Positions 47,688 through 57,353 of a stretch of 59,525 bases of DNA are shown here, piece after piece. The translations under genes and the position numbers were made by a program. Under the pieces are notes generated by a model. The model was given only the letters and a program-made list of their open reading frames with translations. It searched no databases and had not been told where the DNA came from. Origin of the DNA: a virus (taxonomy: Duplodnaviria; Caudoviricetes); IMG/VR virus record IMGVR_UViG_3300037234_000303, positions 1 through 59,525 of that record; one strand, written 5' to 3'. Each line of letters opens with the position of its first letter. Positions within the stretch are counted from its first letter, which is position 1.

Positions 47688-47701
47688 ATGCTGTGCTCCT
47701 C

Positions 47702-48466
47702 TTACGCGGTCACAGCTCCGCTCAGTTCAGCCATACACTCATTATCGAGTGTCTGGTGTAATCCCAAAGTGGTCTTCGGGAGTCTGGCAAGCTTACCCTT
47801 CACGACTTCTGTGGTCGCGTTGAATAATGTCCATGCCGATCCTTCTCCGTACTCGTCGTGCGTCGGCTTGTCATAAATGTCTATGATCTTGCCAACTTCC
47901 TGCGTCGTGATTAGATTATCACGATACAGATCTACGACGATCTTTTCTGCACGCAGGTCTTCCAACTGATGAACCTTGTAGGCTTCATAGCGGGTTTCCT
48001 GATTCAGATAAAGCTGGTTGAGCTTACCGACGCCTTGCTTGAAGAGCATCGGAAGTTTCTGCAGCACACTCGTTGTGTGCTTGTGTTTGAAGTTGACCTC
48101 ACCACTGAAGGCGAGGTTGTCACAAACAAACACCTGAGCGCCCGCTACCATACTGGCTGCGAACGACTTGCAGTGTGAGTTCCGGAACCCGACGACCAAC
48201 CCGTACTCTTCTGTCTCCAGATAGTCGGCGTTAACTTGGGCAAGGCCGAAGTAGTTGCTTCCTTTCCGACTGACAGCGTGCACTGCCTTCATGACCTTAT
48301 AGCCAGAGTCGGTAAGGGCGTCCATCATAGTCTGAAAGACGACGGTGTGGTCAACCGGGTTCCAGATGCCTACTGGATCTGGGGTCTTGATTTGCTGGAG
48401 CGCTTCGTACTCGACGTGGTGTCCACCACAGTGGAGCATCAAGTTCGCTGTGAGATCTTTATGCAT
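47702..48466 (-). CDS. DUF932-like protein
   Basis: NSH.KS, VFVC.N, H.HT, W.LFNA.TE motifs. Confidence 0.8.
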   Translation of the reverse strand: MHKDLTANLMLHCGGHHVEYEALQQIKTPDPVGIWNPVDHTVVFQTMMDALTDSGYKVMKAVHAVSRKGSNYFGLAQVNADYLETEEYGLVVGFRNSHCKSFAASMVAGAQVFVCDNLAFSGEVNFKHKHTTSVLQKLPMLFKQGVGKLNQLYLNQETRYEAYKVHQLEDLRAEKIVVDLYRDNLITTQEVGKIIDIYDKPTHDEYGEGSAWTLFNATTEVVKGKLARLPKTTLGLHQTLDNECMAELSGAVTA

Positions 48467-48852
48467 GCTTCAACCCTCTCTTTGTAATACTTGTTGTAGT
48501 AATTGGACTGTATATCGCTGTTGTCCAGTCGTTCCCGGATGTCCGGGTGTAGCCAAAACTTCTTGACCCGTTTGTTGCTGGGTACCATTGCAATGACGTT
48601 GTCCCATGCATATAGATGCAGATTGCGCGAGTATGCACCGCTGTTTGCTCGGTAGCGCATTTCGCCCGTGCTGAGATAGGCCAAGTACCCTTCGTAAATG
48701 AGTCTGTGCCCCGGGGTATCCGCTACTATGATCCAGCGTTCCTTGCTGTTGTTGGGCGTATCTTCACCGGGGCGGCGCTCACTGTCCATGAACTCGATCA
48801 TGGCTGGCTCAACGCCCTCGGGGAGAAGCATGTCCTTATAGAGAAGCAACAT
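48439..48852 (-). CDS. Hypothetical protein, paralog of 48836-49234
   Basis: LHLYAWDNV..MVPS.K. Confidence 0.7.
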   Translation of the reverse strand: MLLLYKDMLLPEGVEPAMIEFMDSERRPGEDTPNNSKERWIIVADTPGHRLIYEGYLAYLSTGEMRYRANSGAYSRNLHLYAWDNVIAMVPSNKRVKKFWLHPDIRERLDNSDIQSNYYNKYYKERVEACIKISQRT

Positions 48853-49234
48853 GAGCTTTACCTATGAAGTCCTGAAAGTCTCCTGAGTGCCATTTACTGG
48901 CAAACTCAGGGTCAGCGATTATGTCCTGTGCTCCCGGTGATATCCACCCGGTGCCCAGCTTCCGCTTGGCCTTGGCTGATGGCATCAGGCAGTACACGTG
49001 TTCCCACGCATACATGTGCAGCTGGTAGGGCCGCGAGTTGCACTGCGAGTGGACACGGAGCTCACCGTTCGTTGGTGAGATGTGCACAGTGTCATGGCAG
49101 AACCGGTAACCGATGGCTTCGGGTATATACATACCCACGACGAAGCGACTCTTGCCTTCGTCTTTGAGGATGAAGGCCAGTAGCTCCCGGTCCATGTCGT
49201 GCGGGATGAGCATGCCTTTGTCTTTAACTAACAT
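48836..49234 (-). CDS. Hypothetical protein, paralog of 48439-48852
   Basis: LHMYAWEHV..LMPS.K. Confidence 0.7.
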   Translation of the reverse strand: MLVKDKGMLIPHDMDRELLAFILKDEGKSRFVVGMYIPEAIGYRFCHDTVHISPTNGELRVHSQCNSRPYQLHMYAWEHVYCLMPSAKAKRKLGTGWISPGAQDIIADPEFASKWHSGDFQDFIGKAHVASL

Positions 49235-49973
49235 AAACGGCCACCTTCTCCACGTCTTCCTTGTTAAGCTGCTTGACAACAGTGTACTCGCAGGTACGCA
49301 TCTTCGAGTTCTTGTAGTCGGTGGGCACGGACACCACGTTCATCGGATGTACCTTGATGAGCATGATTGTGTTTCCGCCGATCGAGTTGCCGAGGTAGCC
49401 ACCTGAGCAGACATGCAATCCAGCGGCGCAGGTCTTGTTGCGATCAGCTACCACCTTGGCACGATCCATCTTGATGGTCTTGCCCGGGGAGTTGTCAAAC
49501 GTCCCTGACCAGCCGTCCTTGAAGTCGGACCTCACCTTCTTGTAGGCGAGGAAGTGACCGTCGATAGTGACCGGCAGGCTGTTGGTTTCCAAGAATCCGT
49601 ATAGATCCTTTTTTGCCTCTTCGGACGGATTTAGGTTGATATTAGCCAAAAAAGTGACCATTGGCCCCGGGTCAAATCCCTGCTCGCGCATGGATATGAT
49701 GCGGTCAACCAGCGCGTTGTGCAGAGGTCTCCACTTGTCAAACTCATCGTCGCGGTGCATGATAGTCCGGCCTTCAACTCTGAGTGTCTGCTCGTCGTTG
49801 ACCCAGTCCTTGATGTCCCTGTCCTTGTTGATGAGTGCAATAGCCGTCGTCTCATCACCCCGACGTAGCGCGATCAGAACTTCTTCTGCGCATGCGTGGT
49901 CTTCCAACGAGCAAGTAGCAATTGTGTTGTTGGTGATGATCGTTACGGACTGGTTGTTTATTACATGAGCCAT
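49224..49973 (-). CDS. rIIB: rIIB-like protein
   Basis: NPS, DG.FLAYK.V, TC..GLHV, VVSVP.DY...KMR.CEY. Confidence 0.88.
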   Translation of the reverse strand: MAHVINNQSVTIITNNTIATCSLEDHACAEEVLIALRRGDETTAIALINKDRDIKDWVNDEQTLRVEGRTIMHRDDEFDKWRPLHNALVDRIISMREQGFDPGPMVTFLANINLNPSEEAKKDLYGFLETNSLPVTIDGHFLAYKKVRSDFKDGWSGTFDNSPGKTIKMDRAKVVADRNKTCAAGLHVCSGGYLGNSIGGNTIMLIKVHPMNVVSVPTDYKNSKMRTCEYTVVKQLNKEDVEKVAVYVS

Positions 49974-51964
49974 TAGCTTCTCCGGTGTATCAATGTGAGG
50001 ACGTCTTCTACGTATTTTGTCTTGCTGGTCTGGTAGCCATAGAGGCTATCCACGATCGCGAGCAGTCCATAACCCTTGACGATCTTCTTGTCTCGGTTTT
50101 CAATCTGCAAGTCAGTCATCGGCTTCAGCTTCCAACCCAACAGGTCTGTGATGGCGACACGGTGTCTGTACAACGTCTGCGTGACGACGTGGACTTGCGC
50201 TTCGATAGTGAGCGCGAGTTCTTTCCACTTCTTCTTGTCCACGTTATGCTGAAACGCATTGATCCAAGAGATAGTGGATCTGTGTAAGAACCCTGCGTTG
50301 TAGCGCTCTTCTGTGTCGATGACTTGGATCATCCGAGCACGTGTATGTTCCTGCAGAGTTGGCAGTGTGATGTGCTTCTGCTTGCGGCGCAGAGACTTCG
50401 GTATACCGACTATGTTCACACCTTCGAATGCGCTCAATAACTCGTAGGACTTCCGATCTTCCGGGTTGTCCCAAGGCTCGGAGCCACCGCCACTCAATGG
50501 AGCCCAGCAGGTATTCTCAAGAGCGTTGATCTCTTCGAACGAGCTGGTCAGGCTCTTCCACTCGCGGCTGTTCGAGCGTAGCTTGAGCTGTACCTTGTTA
50601 CGGGAGACTGACTTGTAGGTCACGTCATCCTTGTCCGGCATAGGCAGGCTCTCGGTGGAGGACCAGTCCTTCTGCTCTGAGTCCTTGAGGAACTTCTCCA
50701 TCATCTTCATGTCGTTGAACAGGATGTATTCCTTACCACGGTCGCTCAGTAGCAGGGTCTTCATTTTGATTTTGTTGAACTTGACAGCTGGGTCATAGAA
50801 GATAACTTCACTGTCCAAGGCGTCTTGTACACTGAGCGACATGTATCGAGCGAATGAGATGGAGAGAGCGTCGGACTTGGTGAGGCTGAACTGGCCTGAT
50901 ACTTTACAGCAGTGGCCATCCCGCCCGTATTCGAAGTCACGGATGAGTTCCTTCTTCTTCCACGACAGGGTGTCGAAGTCCACGTTGGCTTGGTTGGACA
51001 GAGTGATGCCCATCACACAAGCTTCGAGGAATGTCTTGCACCCAGCGATTTCATCCGAGGTATCCTTCGCGATCCGGTCTGTCACGCGCTGGAGCACTTC
51101 AATGATTTGTCTCTGGGACTTCTTATCGTACGACAGGGCTTCACGTGAGGCCTGAATGTCGATGTCGCCAATGCCACAGAAGATGTCCAAGCGTGCATTG
51201 TTCAGCAGCTTGTAGAATTTGGTCTGTATCTCTTGGTTGAGTGCTGACTTGTCCAGCCTGTAAGCAATCGGACCCATGATGACCTTCGGGTGGCTGGCGC
51301 TGGTTTCACGCATCCCGTACTCGTCTCTCTTCAGTGAGTACTTGACGTTGTACACTTCGATGTCTGGTGCCTTGTAGGAACCTGCGGGGAAGTAGCTGAG
51401 CACAGCTTTGGCTTTGTTGGAGAACGTGTAGAAGTCTTCCTGCTTAACAGGAATGATGTACTGAATACCACGGTCTTCGTCGGACTCGCAGTGCTCCACC
51501 ATCGCGATGGAGGGTTGCCCGTCTTCTTGGATCATGCATAACCATGTGTATTTGACTCCTTCCCAGAACGAGAGGAGCGTGAATGTGTCCGTGTAACTAA
51601 ACGGCGTCTTTGAACCCAACCCTAATCCACCAATTGCTTCGTTGTCGTGATTTTTGTCGGATCCAAAGAACGTCGTATAAAGCTTTTGGATGGTTTCCGG
51701 AGACATACCGATACCGTAGTCCCTGATTTCAAACGCAGGGTTCATGCGGCTAGGAAGAGTAAGTAGAAACGGGCGTTCCTCTTTGGCCTGCTTGTGGGCA
51801 TCGAGCGCGTTGGCACTCAGTTCCCGGACAATGGCGAGAGGCTTGTCGGTGTACAAGTTCGAGGACAGAATCTGGAACGCCTTTGCAGACGCTTCAATCG
51901 TGAAGCCAGTTGGTTTGGCCGTGAACGTTGTCTCGATATTACGCTTTTGGATATTCGTTTCCAT
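49973..51964 (-). CDS. rIIA: rIIA-like protein (N-terminal GHKL ATPase)
   Basis: LY.D, REL..NA.DA, RDYG.G, GG.GLGSK, SRE.LS; adjacent to rIIB. Confidence 0.88.
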   Translation of the reverse strand: METNIQKRNIETTFTAKPTGFTIEASAKAFQILSSNLYTDKPLAIVRELSANALDAHKQAKEERPFLLTLPSRMNPAFEIRDYGIGMSPETIQKLYTTFFGSDKNHDNEAIGGLGLGSKTPFSYTDTFTLLSFWEGVKYTWLCMIQEDGQPSIAMVEHCESDEDRGIQYIIPVKQEDFYTFSNKAKAVLSYFPAGSYKAPDIEVYNVKYSLKRDEYGMRETSASHPKVIMGPIAYRLDKSALNQEIQTKFYKLLNNARLDIFCGIGDIDIQASREALSYDKKSQRQIIEVLQRVTDRIAKDTSDEIAGCKTFLEACVMGITLSNQANVDFDTLSWKKKELIRDFEYGRDGHCCKVSGQFSLTKSDALSISFARYMSLSVQDALDSEVIFYDPAVKFNKIKMKTLLLSDRGKEYILFNDMKMMEKFLKDSEQKDWSSTESLPMPDKDDVTYKSVSRNKVQLKLRSNSREWKSLTSSFEEINALENTCWAPLSGGGSEPWDNPEDRKSYELLSAFEGVNIVGIPKSLRRKQKHITLPTLQEHTRARMIQVIDTEERYNAGFLHRSTISWINAFQHNVDKKKWKELALTIEAQVHVVTQTLYRHRVAITDLLGWKLKPMTDLQIENRDKKIVKGYGLLAIVDSLYGYQTSKTKYVEDVLTLIHRRS

Positions 51965-51984
51965 GGGTACTCTTGACTCCTGTA

Positions 51985-52617
51985 TCAGTGTTTTTTGTAA
52001 ATGACTTTCGTAATCTTCGGATCCCAGCAGGCTCTACAATCACCACACTTGTTACCGTTGGTGTCTGCGGGACAAATCCATCCATTCGTTTTGCTCGCGT
52101 CTGGCTTGGTGTGAACCTCTGCCATCAGCGGTGCGTTTCTCAAATCCTGTTTAGGATCGATGATCGCATTGGTCAACCTGATCTTTAGGTTGGCCGGTAT
52201 CTTGTGCTTGCAATCCCTGATGAGCTTGTGCTCTTGGGTTGGCAACCAGAAGTTGATCTCGGGCATCTGTGCAGCTATCAAGATGATCTTCAATAGGTGC
52301 GGTCTGCCTTGTATATCGCCTGAGTCCAACCATCTGAAGTGCGTTAGCTTCTCCTTGGTCAGGCTCACTACCATCGCTTCAACCCATCGAGGGTGAAAGA
52401 TGCCTTCATATCGTACGTCCTGACTGTTCCTTACAGCTGGGAAGTTGTAGTTCCCTTTGCAAGCGTAACAGATTGAACATGTTGTTCCTTTTTGGCTGCG
52501 CAGTCTCCTTCCTATCTCGCAGTGTTTGGGGTCTATGCCCCATGACGGACACGGCATCTTAGCCGGTCTACTTAGTTTTCCTGCTATCTTTATTGCTTCC
52601 TTGTATGTCAAGGCCAT
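51985..52617 (-). CDS. GP88-like Cys-rich protein
   Basis: KMP, C..CYA, FRW.DSGD, WLPT, CPA...C..CR.CW. Confidence 0.75.
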   Translation of the reverse strand: MALTYKEAIKIAGKLSRPAKMPCPSWGIDPKHCEIGRRLRSQKGTTCSICYACKGNYNFPAVRNSQDVRYEGIFHPRWVEAMVVSLTKEKLTHFRWLDSGDIQGRPHLLKIILIAAQMPEINFWLPTQEHKLIRDCKHKIPANLKIRLTNAIIDPKQDLRNAPLMAEVHTKPDASKTNGWICPADTNGNKCGDCRACWDPKITKVIYKKH

Positions 52618-53017
52618 CGAGGTACTCCGCCCATTCGAGCTCAGTCCATTTGTGGTCCTTGATCAGGAACCTTTTCGACGTAGTGTGCTTTGACATCCAT
52701 TGCTCGCCGCGTAGCACAATACAACCCTTTGGGTAACCTGCTACGACTGCAACTTTGACTCCGTTCCTATTCGCTCTCTCCAGCCAGTTTTGTTGCAGCA
52801 TACTCAGGTGTGTCTTCTTCTTTGTGTCGCAGAGATCAATTTCTTCGGGCTCTTCGGGGTACCACTTGTATTCGACCCACAACTCAGCTCTCAATCTACC
52901 CTCGTAATAATAATCGGGCGTGCCGTTCGTTGAGGTCAATCCCATCGCCTGCTTGTAGAGGACGGGGGAAATCTTTCGATGAATTCTGTTTATGAAGTTG
53001 CGTTCTGGCTTGGCCAC
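52568..53017 (-). CDS. PD-(D/E)xK (VRR-NUC-like) nuclease
   Basis: G.PD, WVE.K, LS..Q..W. Confidence 0.75.
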   Translation of the reverse strand: MAKPERNFINRIHRKISPVLYKQAMGLTSTNGTPDYYYEGRLRAELWVEYKWYPEEPEEIDLCDTKKKTHLSMLQQNWLERANRNGVKVAVVAGYPKGCIVLRGEQWMSKHTTSKRFLIKDHKWTELEWAEYLDGLDIQGSNKDSRKTK

Positions 53018-53184
53018 ATTTTTGCTCCTCGGTAACCGGCCACGAATACAGGCAGGTTGGCTTCTTCATTCCAGCCGCACATCATGTGTCCGGGCATACC
53101 TGCTTGCTCGCAGTTGCAACGCTCCAAGTCGTCGTCTTGCGGTGTATAACCGGTGGCAATGGCAAAGTCTTCAATTGTAATCAT
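52990..53184 (-). CDS. Small Cys/His-rich protein
   Basis: DDLER.NC..AG..GH..CGW. Confidence 0.6.
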   Translation of the reverse strand: MITIEDFAIATGYTPQDDDLERCNCEQAGMPGHMMCGWNEEANLPVFVAGYRGAKMWPSQNATS

Positions 53185-53191
53185 CTTAAAC

Positions 53192-53215
53192 TAAGCCCCG
53201 GTTGCCCGGGGCTTA
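53192..53215 (-). terminator. GNRA-tetraloop hairpin terminator
   Basis: Minus: TAAGCCCCGG-GCAA-CCGGGGCTTA. Confidence 0.65.
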
Positions 53216-53391
53216 CCTTTACATCGTTAACACGCTTGCTGGTTGCTGTGCTGGAACTACGTCCAGTGTCTTCGTCTCGCGAACTACGACGCGAAACTGC
53301 TTCCAGCTGAGAGGGTGCTCGTCATTGAAGTCCTCCGGGATGAGCGAACTCATACCGAAGATCATCATGAACACCGTGCGTTGCGCTACAT

Positions 53392-53679
53392 TCAACTCAT
53401 TGAACCTGAGTCGATGCGTGCCTTCACACGGTCGAGAGCCCTTTGCCGCTTCTCCAGTAAAGAATCGATATCCTTTACCTTCTTCTGAGCACCACGCAAC
53501 TCCTGATTTGCAGTCGTACGCGATTTACGTATCTCAGTGATCTCGCCGCGAATTTCCTTAGCCTGATTCCTCAGGGCAGTCATATTCGCTGATCGTTTAG
53601 CGACGGGCTTCTTCACCTTTGCGGAGACTTTCTCCGTTGGGGCGTCCAAAATAAACGAGCCTTCTTCTCGCTTGCTCAC
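53392..53679 (-). CDS. Basic coiled-coil protein
   Basis: GTGA overlap. Confidence 0.55.
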   Translation of the reverse strand: MSKREEGSFILDAPTEKVSAKVKKPVAKRSANMTALRNQAKEIRGEITEIRKSRTTANQELRGAQKKVKDIDSLLEKRQRALDRVKARIDSGSMS

Positions 53680-54443
53680 TTCCGTTTAGCAGCTGCCCTA
53701 CGCTTGGGCGGGGCTGCTCTGCGCTTGGTGCCGTTGTCGTTCTGAACCTGAGGCTCAGCCGTCAGCACACCAATTGCTTCCGAACGCCGCATGAAATCCT
53801 CGCGATACTGCTGATTCGGCGTCGTCTTACCAAAGGACAGGGTGAACCCTGCGCCACTGGCTACGATACTGAGCTCAACGATCACGCTGACTGGAGGCTT
53901 CTTCATACGAGCAGCCACACCAGACACAAAAGAGTTGAAGCTCTTCAGGCCAGTCGGGCTAACACGGATGTATGCAAGCTCATCGTCGTCAGTGGAGTTA
54001 GGCGGCAGGACAGCCAGCAACTTGGTGTTCTTGCATGCCTTGCCTGCACCGTCGCTACCGAACTCGTTGTTCGGGCACTTGGAGCATTCGTCGGCTTCCG
54101 GATCTTCGACCCGTTCGCTTGGCACCATGAGGCCAATGTCCTTGTTGATCGCCCAGCAATCCGGCGGAGCGATGTTACTCGGATCATACTTGCCCCGGTA
54201 GAGCGAGTTGACCGAGATGTAGTCCACAACGACAACCTGCATTGGTGACTCCGACTGACCCAGATTGGGAATGTCGAAGTACTCGCCATTCTTCTGGTCC
54301 AGCTTGATGAAGTTACCACCGCTGCTGTCGATCGTGGAGGCTATGCCTGCTGCTTCTGCTTCCAGTTCCGCATCGATGTTCGCGGGGAGCTGGTCGCCCT
54401 TGCCTACAGCCATGTCCGTTCCTGCTTTCTTTCGTGCTACCAT
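53676..54443 (-). CDS. Putative ssDNA-binding/recombination protein
   Basis: P.CW, C..CP.N.FGS...GKACKN; usual neighbour of phage PolA. Confidence 0.6.
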   Translation of the reverse strand: MVARKKAGTDMAVGKGDQLPANIDAELEAEAAGIASTIDSSGGNFIKLDQKNGEYFDIPNLGQSESPMQVVVVDYISVNSLYRGKYDPSNIAPPDCWAINKDIGLMVPSERVEDPEADECSKCPNNEFGSDGAGKACKNTKLLAVLPPNSTDDDELAYIRVSPTGLKSFNSFVSGVAARMKKPPVSVIVELSIVASGAGFTLSFGKTTPNQQYREDFMRRSEAIGVLTAEPQVQNDNGTKRRAAPPKRRAAAKRK

Positions 54444-54444
54444 A

Positions 54445-54825
54445 TTATCTATTCCTCAATGAAATCGTCGTTTTCTCGAATGTCACCACACCCGGTGGTG
54501 GCTTGTGTCCACGGCTTTTTTCAATGTACTCGCGGAATGCTGCCTGCGCTGGTCGTCTCTCCAGCATGTACAGCTGGTTGGTTTTACGCAACCATTTGTG
54601 GAAGACGTCCCAATCTTGGACGTTCGCCACGTTTGTAACTTTGATCGATGCGGATGCAATGTCGGATGCGCCACTGGTCATGCCAGTCGCTTCCAACGAT
54701 GCGATGAGACTGGCTTGTAGTGCTTCGTAATCCAGTCCGAGCTGCTTCTCTTCCTTTGCAAGCTCACGCCTGCGTTCTCGGATGTCATGCATCTCGTCGA
54801 TTAAACTGCCTAGTGCTTCGGCCAT
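54445..54825 (-). CDS. Conserved replication-module protein
   Basis: Coiled coil plus V.DW..F...PPGV motif. Confidence 0.65.
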   Translation of the reverse strand: MAEALGSLIDEMHDIRERRRELAKEEKQLGLDYEALQASLIASLEATGMTSGASDIASASIKVTNVANVQDWDVFHKWLRKTNQLYMLERRPAQAAFREYIEKSRGHKPPPGVVTFEKTTISLRNR

Positions 54826-54834
54826 AATAAGTTC

Positions 54835-55095
54835 CTAATGTTGGTGTGCGGTTGAGATTGCGAAGATGGGCTTCTTGTCGTCTGTGTCCACCACGTGCAA
54901 TATTAATTCGGGCGACGGGATTATAAACATCGGGTTCACACTCTCCATCTCGGCGGACTCAACAGCTGCGATAACTATGCACGGAGCGCCATTGATTTCT
55001 GCTTCAACCGCTCCATACGGATTCTCAGTCAGGTATTTCATAATTTCCTGTACCCGCTCGTTGACTTCTTCGTTACTTAGAATATTCGTTTGCAT
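54835..55095 (-). CDS. Hypothetical protein
   Basis: GAGG RBS, 86 aa. Confidence 0.55.
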   Translation of the reverse strand: MQTNILSNEEVNERVQEIMKYLTENPYGAVEAEINGAPCIVIAAVESAEMESVNPMFIIPSPELILHVVDTDDKKPIFAISTAHQH

Positions 55096-56986
55096 ATCCG
55101 CCCTCTGCTGCTAGTGGTATATCTTCGTACCAGCTCTTGCTGGTGGAGAAGCACTCGAGACCAAAGTCTAGAGCTTTCTGCGCGTCTTTGGTGGGCGCTA
55201 GATACACCGCCTCATCGTGCGTCATCATAACGATACGATAATGTTCAGCGATCTCAAGCATCTGTTCACCTACGATGATGCGAGCGATTGCTTGGGTCAG
55301 GTTTTCTGTGAACAGGCCACCGTATATCTTGGTGTAGTGCATGCCGTTCCAGTACTCGAACCCCATTTCTCGGTTGTCAATCTGCCTTCTTTGCATCTCG
55401 AGTGCTGGGTAGTGCAGGGTCAGTCCATTAGGTAACGTCACCTCTTCGTGATTGAATGACACGAGGTCTTTCAAGTGGTAGCGTTCCTGTCCCTGCCCGA
55501 GCTTCTCTCGTTGCATTTCGTACAGTCTGTTGTTCATGTATTTCCACAGCTGCACGATTTTATAATTTCGTTCCCGGTACACGCGGACGCCTTCTTGGGC
55601 TTTCTCTTCAGAGATGTTTACCTTCGCGCCCATGGATCCAGAGGCTAGGGTGTAGCGGTACTTCTCCCAGCCCATTCCGAAGCCAAGCCCCAGAATTCCC
55701 ACCTTGCCTACGAACCTTTCATTCTTTTGTTTCTTCGTGACGGTGTGGCCAAACAATTCTGATGCGTACTCGCAGTACGGGTCTCTATTTGGGTCGGCAA
55801 ACACATCCAGCAAGTCCTGCTGACCAGCAAGCCATGCCACTACACGAGCTTCAATCTGACCTGAGTCAACTACTATGAGCTTCTGACCCTTCGGTGCCAA
55901 GATGCATTTACGCAGCACGCCTTCCCTTGGGAAGTTCTGCGGGTTCATCTTGTCGCCCCCTGTCCAGCGGTAGGTGTGAGCCTTCCCGTAGTTCAGGTAG
56001 ATGGGTAGTGTTGGATTACAGTGTAGCAGTAGCTTCGTTGCTTTTGATTCTTCAACTGTGGACTTCACAATTAAGCGAGCCTCACAGATTTTGCGGATGT
56101 CTTTGTCCGGGTGGACCTGTAGCTCTTGGAAAGCAAGGTCCGTTTTTGCAAAGGCAGGCTTGATGTTGCCTTTCTTCGTTTTCTTCATTGGTACTGTCAC
56201 GCCCAAGTCAGTCATTGCGGTGGCCAATTTCTTGTCCGACCGCAGAATGCCCCGGCACTCTTCCATGCGAGCCTCGCCTCTGATGGAGCGAGGGATCTTA
56301 AACAGGGGTGCCGTGCTCTTGACCACGCGTCGGTTACGCTCAATGATGCGTGACAGTTCTGTTCGTGCTGTTGGCTTGTCCACGTCGAGCACTGGCTCAG
56401 CGAACATCCGCACGGTTATGTCTATGAGGTCGAGTTCATCGTCCGGGAACCCTTCCGCGTACATGATGTCGAACAGCTCCAATGTAAGCTCAACATCTCG
56501 CTTACAGTAGTCGCCCAAGTCTTTTTCCAGCCCGGGGAGCAAGTCACGGAGCCCCTTTGTCTTCATCAGGATGTTCTTGAGCTTGTTGCCAAGTCCGTAG
56601 TACTCGGCGACTGCGTCTAAGCTGTTGTAGATGGTGCTGTCTATCCATACCCGGGCCATGCTCAGGGTGTCTAGCCAATAAGCAGGAGTGTGCCCATAGT
56701 GATGAGTAAGTATAAGCCCATCAAAATGTGTATGATGAGCGAGCAGCGCCGTTGTCGCCCAATCAATTTTTGCAAGTTTTTCTTCAAGGTCGTCATGTGT
56801 GATCCAGTGTTGCCTGCGTTCGTTGTGGTTTTGTATACCGACACCATGAGCCTTGAACTGCTCATCACGGATATACTCGCTGGTGGACATCTTCTTGAGC
56901 GTATACTCGGTGCTAAAGAATGTCTCCCAGTCAAACGACATGACCGTTTTGATACCGCGCTCTCTTAGGAAGTTCGGTACTCTCAT
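55073..56986 (-). CDS. polA: Family A DNA polymerase with 3'-5' exonuclease
   Basis: Exo DWET / H..FD / YC..D; motif A DSGQIEAR; motif B R..GK...LGLGFG; motif C HDE. Confidence 0.93.
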   Translation of the reverse strand: MRVPNFLRERGIKTVMSFDWETFFSTEYTLKKMSTSEYIRDEQFKAHGVGIQNHNERRQHWITHDDLEEKLAKIDWATTALLAHHTHFDGLILTHHYGHTPAYWLDTLSMARVWIDSTIYNSLDAVAEYYGLGNKLKNILMKTKGLRDLLPGLEKDLGDYCKRDVELTLELFDIMYAEGFPDDELDLIDITVRMFAEPVLDVDKPTARTELSRIIERNRRVVKSTAPLFKIPRSIRGEARMEECRGILRSDKKLATAMTDLGVTVPMKKTKKGNIKPAFAKTDLAFQELQVHPDKDIRKICEARLIVKSTVEESKATKLLLHCNPTLPIYLNYGKAHTYRWTGGDKMNPQNFPREGVLRKCILAPKGQKLIVVDSGQIEARVVAWLAGQQDLLDVFADPNRDPYCEYASELFGHTVTKKQKNERFVGKVGILGLGFGMGWEKYRYTLASGSMGAKVNISEEKAQEGVRVYRERNYKIVQLWKYMNNRLYEMQREKLGQGQERYHLKDLVSFNHEEVTLPNGLTLHYPALEMQRRQIDNREMGFEYWNGMHYTKIYGGLFTENLTQAIARIIVGEQMLEIAEHYRIVMMTHDEAVYLAPTKDAQKALDFGLECFSTSKSWYEDIPLAAEGGYANEYSK

Positions 56987-57159
56987 GTACGCCTCTTGTA
57001 ATTCATCATTGCTGTCTGTCTCTCTGCCTCGGTCTCGAACTTGAGGGTGATGATGCGCCCATGTGTGCAGAAGAACTTCAACCAGAACTGCTTGTCGGTC
57101 TTGCTGACCGCGATCACGTGGTCTGGATTGACCATGGTTTCATCTGAGACGTGTATCAT
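56983..57159 (-). CDS. 58-aa protein, paralog of 57156-57353
   Basis: MIHVSDETMVNPDHVIAV...; ATGA overlaps on both sides. Confidence 0.6.
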   Translation of the reverse strand: MIHVSDETMVNPDHVIAVSKTDKQFWLKFFCTHGRIITLKFETEAERQTAMMNYKRRT

Positions 57160-57353
57160 GCGTTCACCAGTTGATCTGTTTTAGTTTGTTCCATAAGTTT
57201 GTTCATCGCTTGTTTTGCTTCGTCCACATTGGTGCACACGACGGTCACTACATCATTATTGGTGCAGGTAATTTTGACCACAGAAACAGTTCGCTCTGCT
57301 AGGACTACTTTGTCCATATTTATTATGATGTTATCCGCGATACGTAGGAACAT
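57156..57353 (-). CDS. 65-aa protein, LytTR/FlbD-like motif
   Basis: MFLRIADNIIINMDKVV; TAATG coupling. Confidence 0.6.
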   Translation of the reverse strand: MFLRIADNIIINMDKVVLAERTVSVVKITCTNNDVVTVVCTNVDEAKQAMNKLMEQTKTDQLVNA

